Shown here: in pieces, positions 19,620 to 20,000 of the stretch
How the letters are laid out: every line of letters starts with the position of its first letter
Position numbering within the stretch: the stretch's first letter is position 1
Source: Psammoneis japonica
Taxonomy: Eukaryota
NCBI GenBank assembly: GCA_008632985.1
Contig: QPGO01000155.1
Coordinates: 175,444-195,443, forward strand
Direction of reading: 5' to 3'
Length of the DNA: 20,000 bases
The notes under the pieces: generated by a model
The model's input: the letters and a program-made list of their open reading frames with translations, nothing else
What the model was told of the DNA's origin: nothing
The model's database searches: none
Translations under genes and position numbers: made by a program

Positions 19620-20000
19620 GTCATGTTGGCTTCTGTGTTGCACATCCTGACTGGGCAATCATCAAGAGATGCTCTTGGAAACTGGATGCATCATGTGCCT
19701 CATGGCGCAACTTCTTCAAACATCTTGCTGCCAACTGAGTGCTGTGCGCAGCTCTTGCCCAAGCCCATGGCATCGGCACACCCGGCATTTGACCAGATAA
19801 ATCCATTGGACAAACAGCGTTGCAATCTCATTGACCGCACTTCATGAGCATCCAAGTTTTGTGCCAAAGCCACCACAACATCAGCTTGCACCTGTGTCTG
19901 TTCCATCATTTCTGCATCGGCTGTGAGGTTCTTGTCATTGCCCATGATGGAGGCCCCTGACTCTGTGCCACAGTCACATGACAAGGCTTGCTTCATTTTG
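19620..20000 (-). pseudogene. Possible decayed coding fragment running off the window edge
   Basis: Protein-like text KNLTADAEMMEQTQVQADVVVALAQNLDAHEVRSMRLQRCLSNGFIWSNAG; no family recognised. Confidence 0.25.

Larger units (their letters stand above)
2700..20000. other. Hypermutated domain: TpA (and in part CpG) converted to TpG/CpA
   Basis: By-eye count: about 23 TA in bases 1-600, versus one TA (5217) between 3800 and 6335 and about 21 TA in 3100-12000. TG/CA is abundant. Six-frame translations nearly lack Tyr and are rich in Cys/His. The left boundary is graded over ~1950-3000. Confidence 0.92.

Noticed and set aside
2700..20000. Many overlapping 60-300 aa Cys/His-rich ORFs in all six frames, resembling metal-binding proteins or an alternative genetic code
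   Set aside because: They are explained by loss of TAA/TAG stops and gain of TGY/CAY codons. The effect is frame- and strand-independent, so it is mutational and not a recoding or a set of real genes.
2700..20000. Classical fungal RIP or plain CpG methylation decay as the full explanation
   Set aside because: RIP increases TpA and depletes CpA/TpG, the opposite of what is seen. CpG decay cannot turn TAC into TGC/CAC, and TA is lost where CG is retained.

Overview
Eukaryotic genomic DNA, probably a diatom or related stramenopile. That assignment is inferred from an 86-nt GTGCGT..CTAA..CAG intron, 'HLDDxxPYYTI..ERQT' Tudor/SH3-like repeats and an LGS..RRSAR C-terminal motif. The first ~2 kb has ordinary composition: the 3' end of a gene and a diverged tandem duplication. 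From ~2-3 kb to the end of the window, TpA is almost erased and replaced by TpG/CpA. Internal repeats and recognisable pseudogenes (YAK1/DYRK kinase, Tudor-like repeat protein, DUF6940, metallophosphoesterase) give the direction: TAC/TAT Tyr codons became TGY (Cys) or CAY (His), i.e. strand-symmetric A-to-G change at TpA. Surviving TpAs are mostly in YTAR context. CpG decay is added on top in ~3-12 kb and ~17.5-20 kb but is weak in ~12-17.5 kb, so the two processes are separable. This resembles a regional, RIP-like but adenine-directed hypermutation system that I cannot match to a described pathway. Most of the six-frame ORFs are by-products of TAA/TAG depletion.
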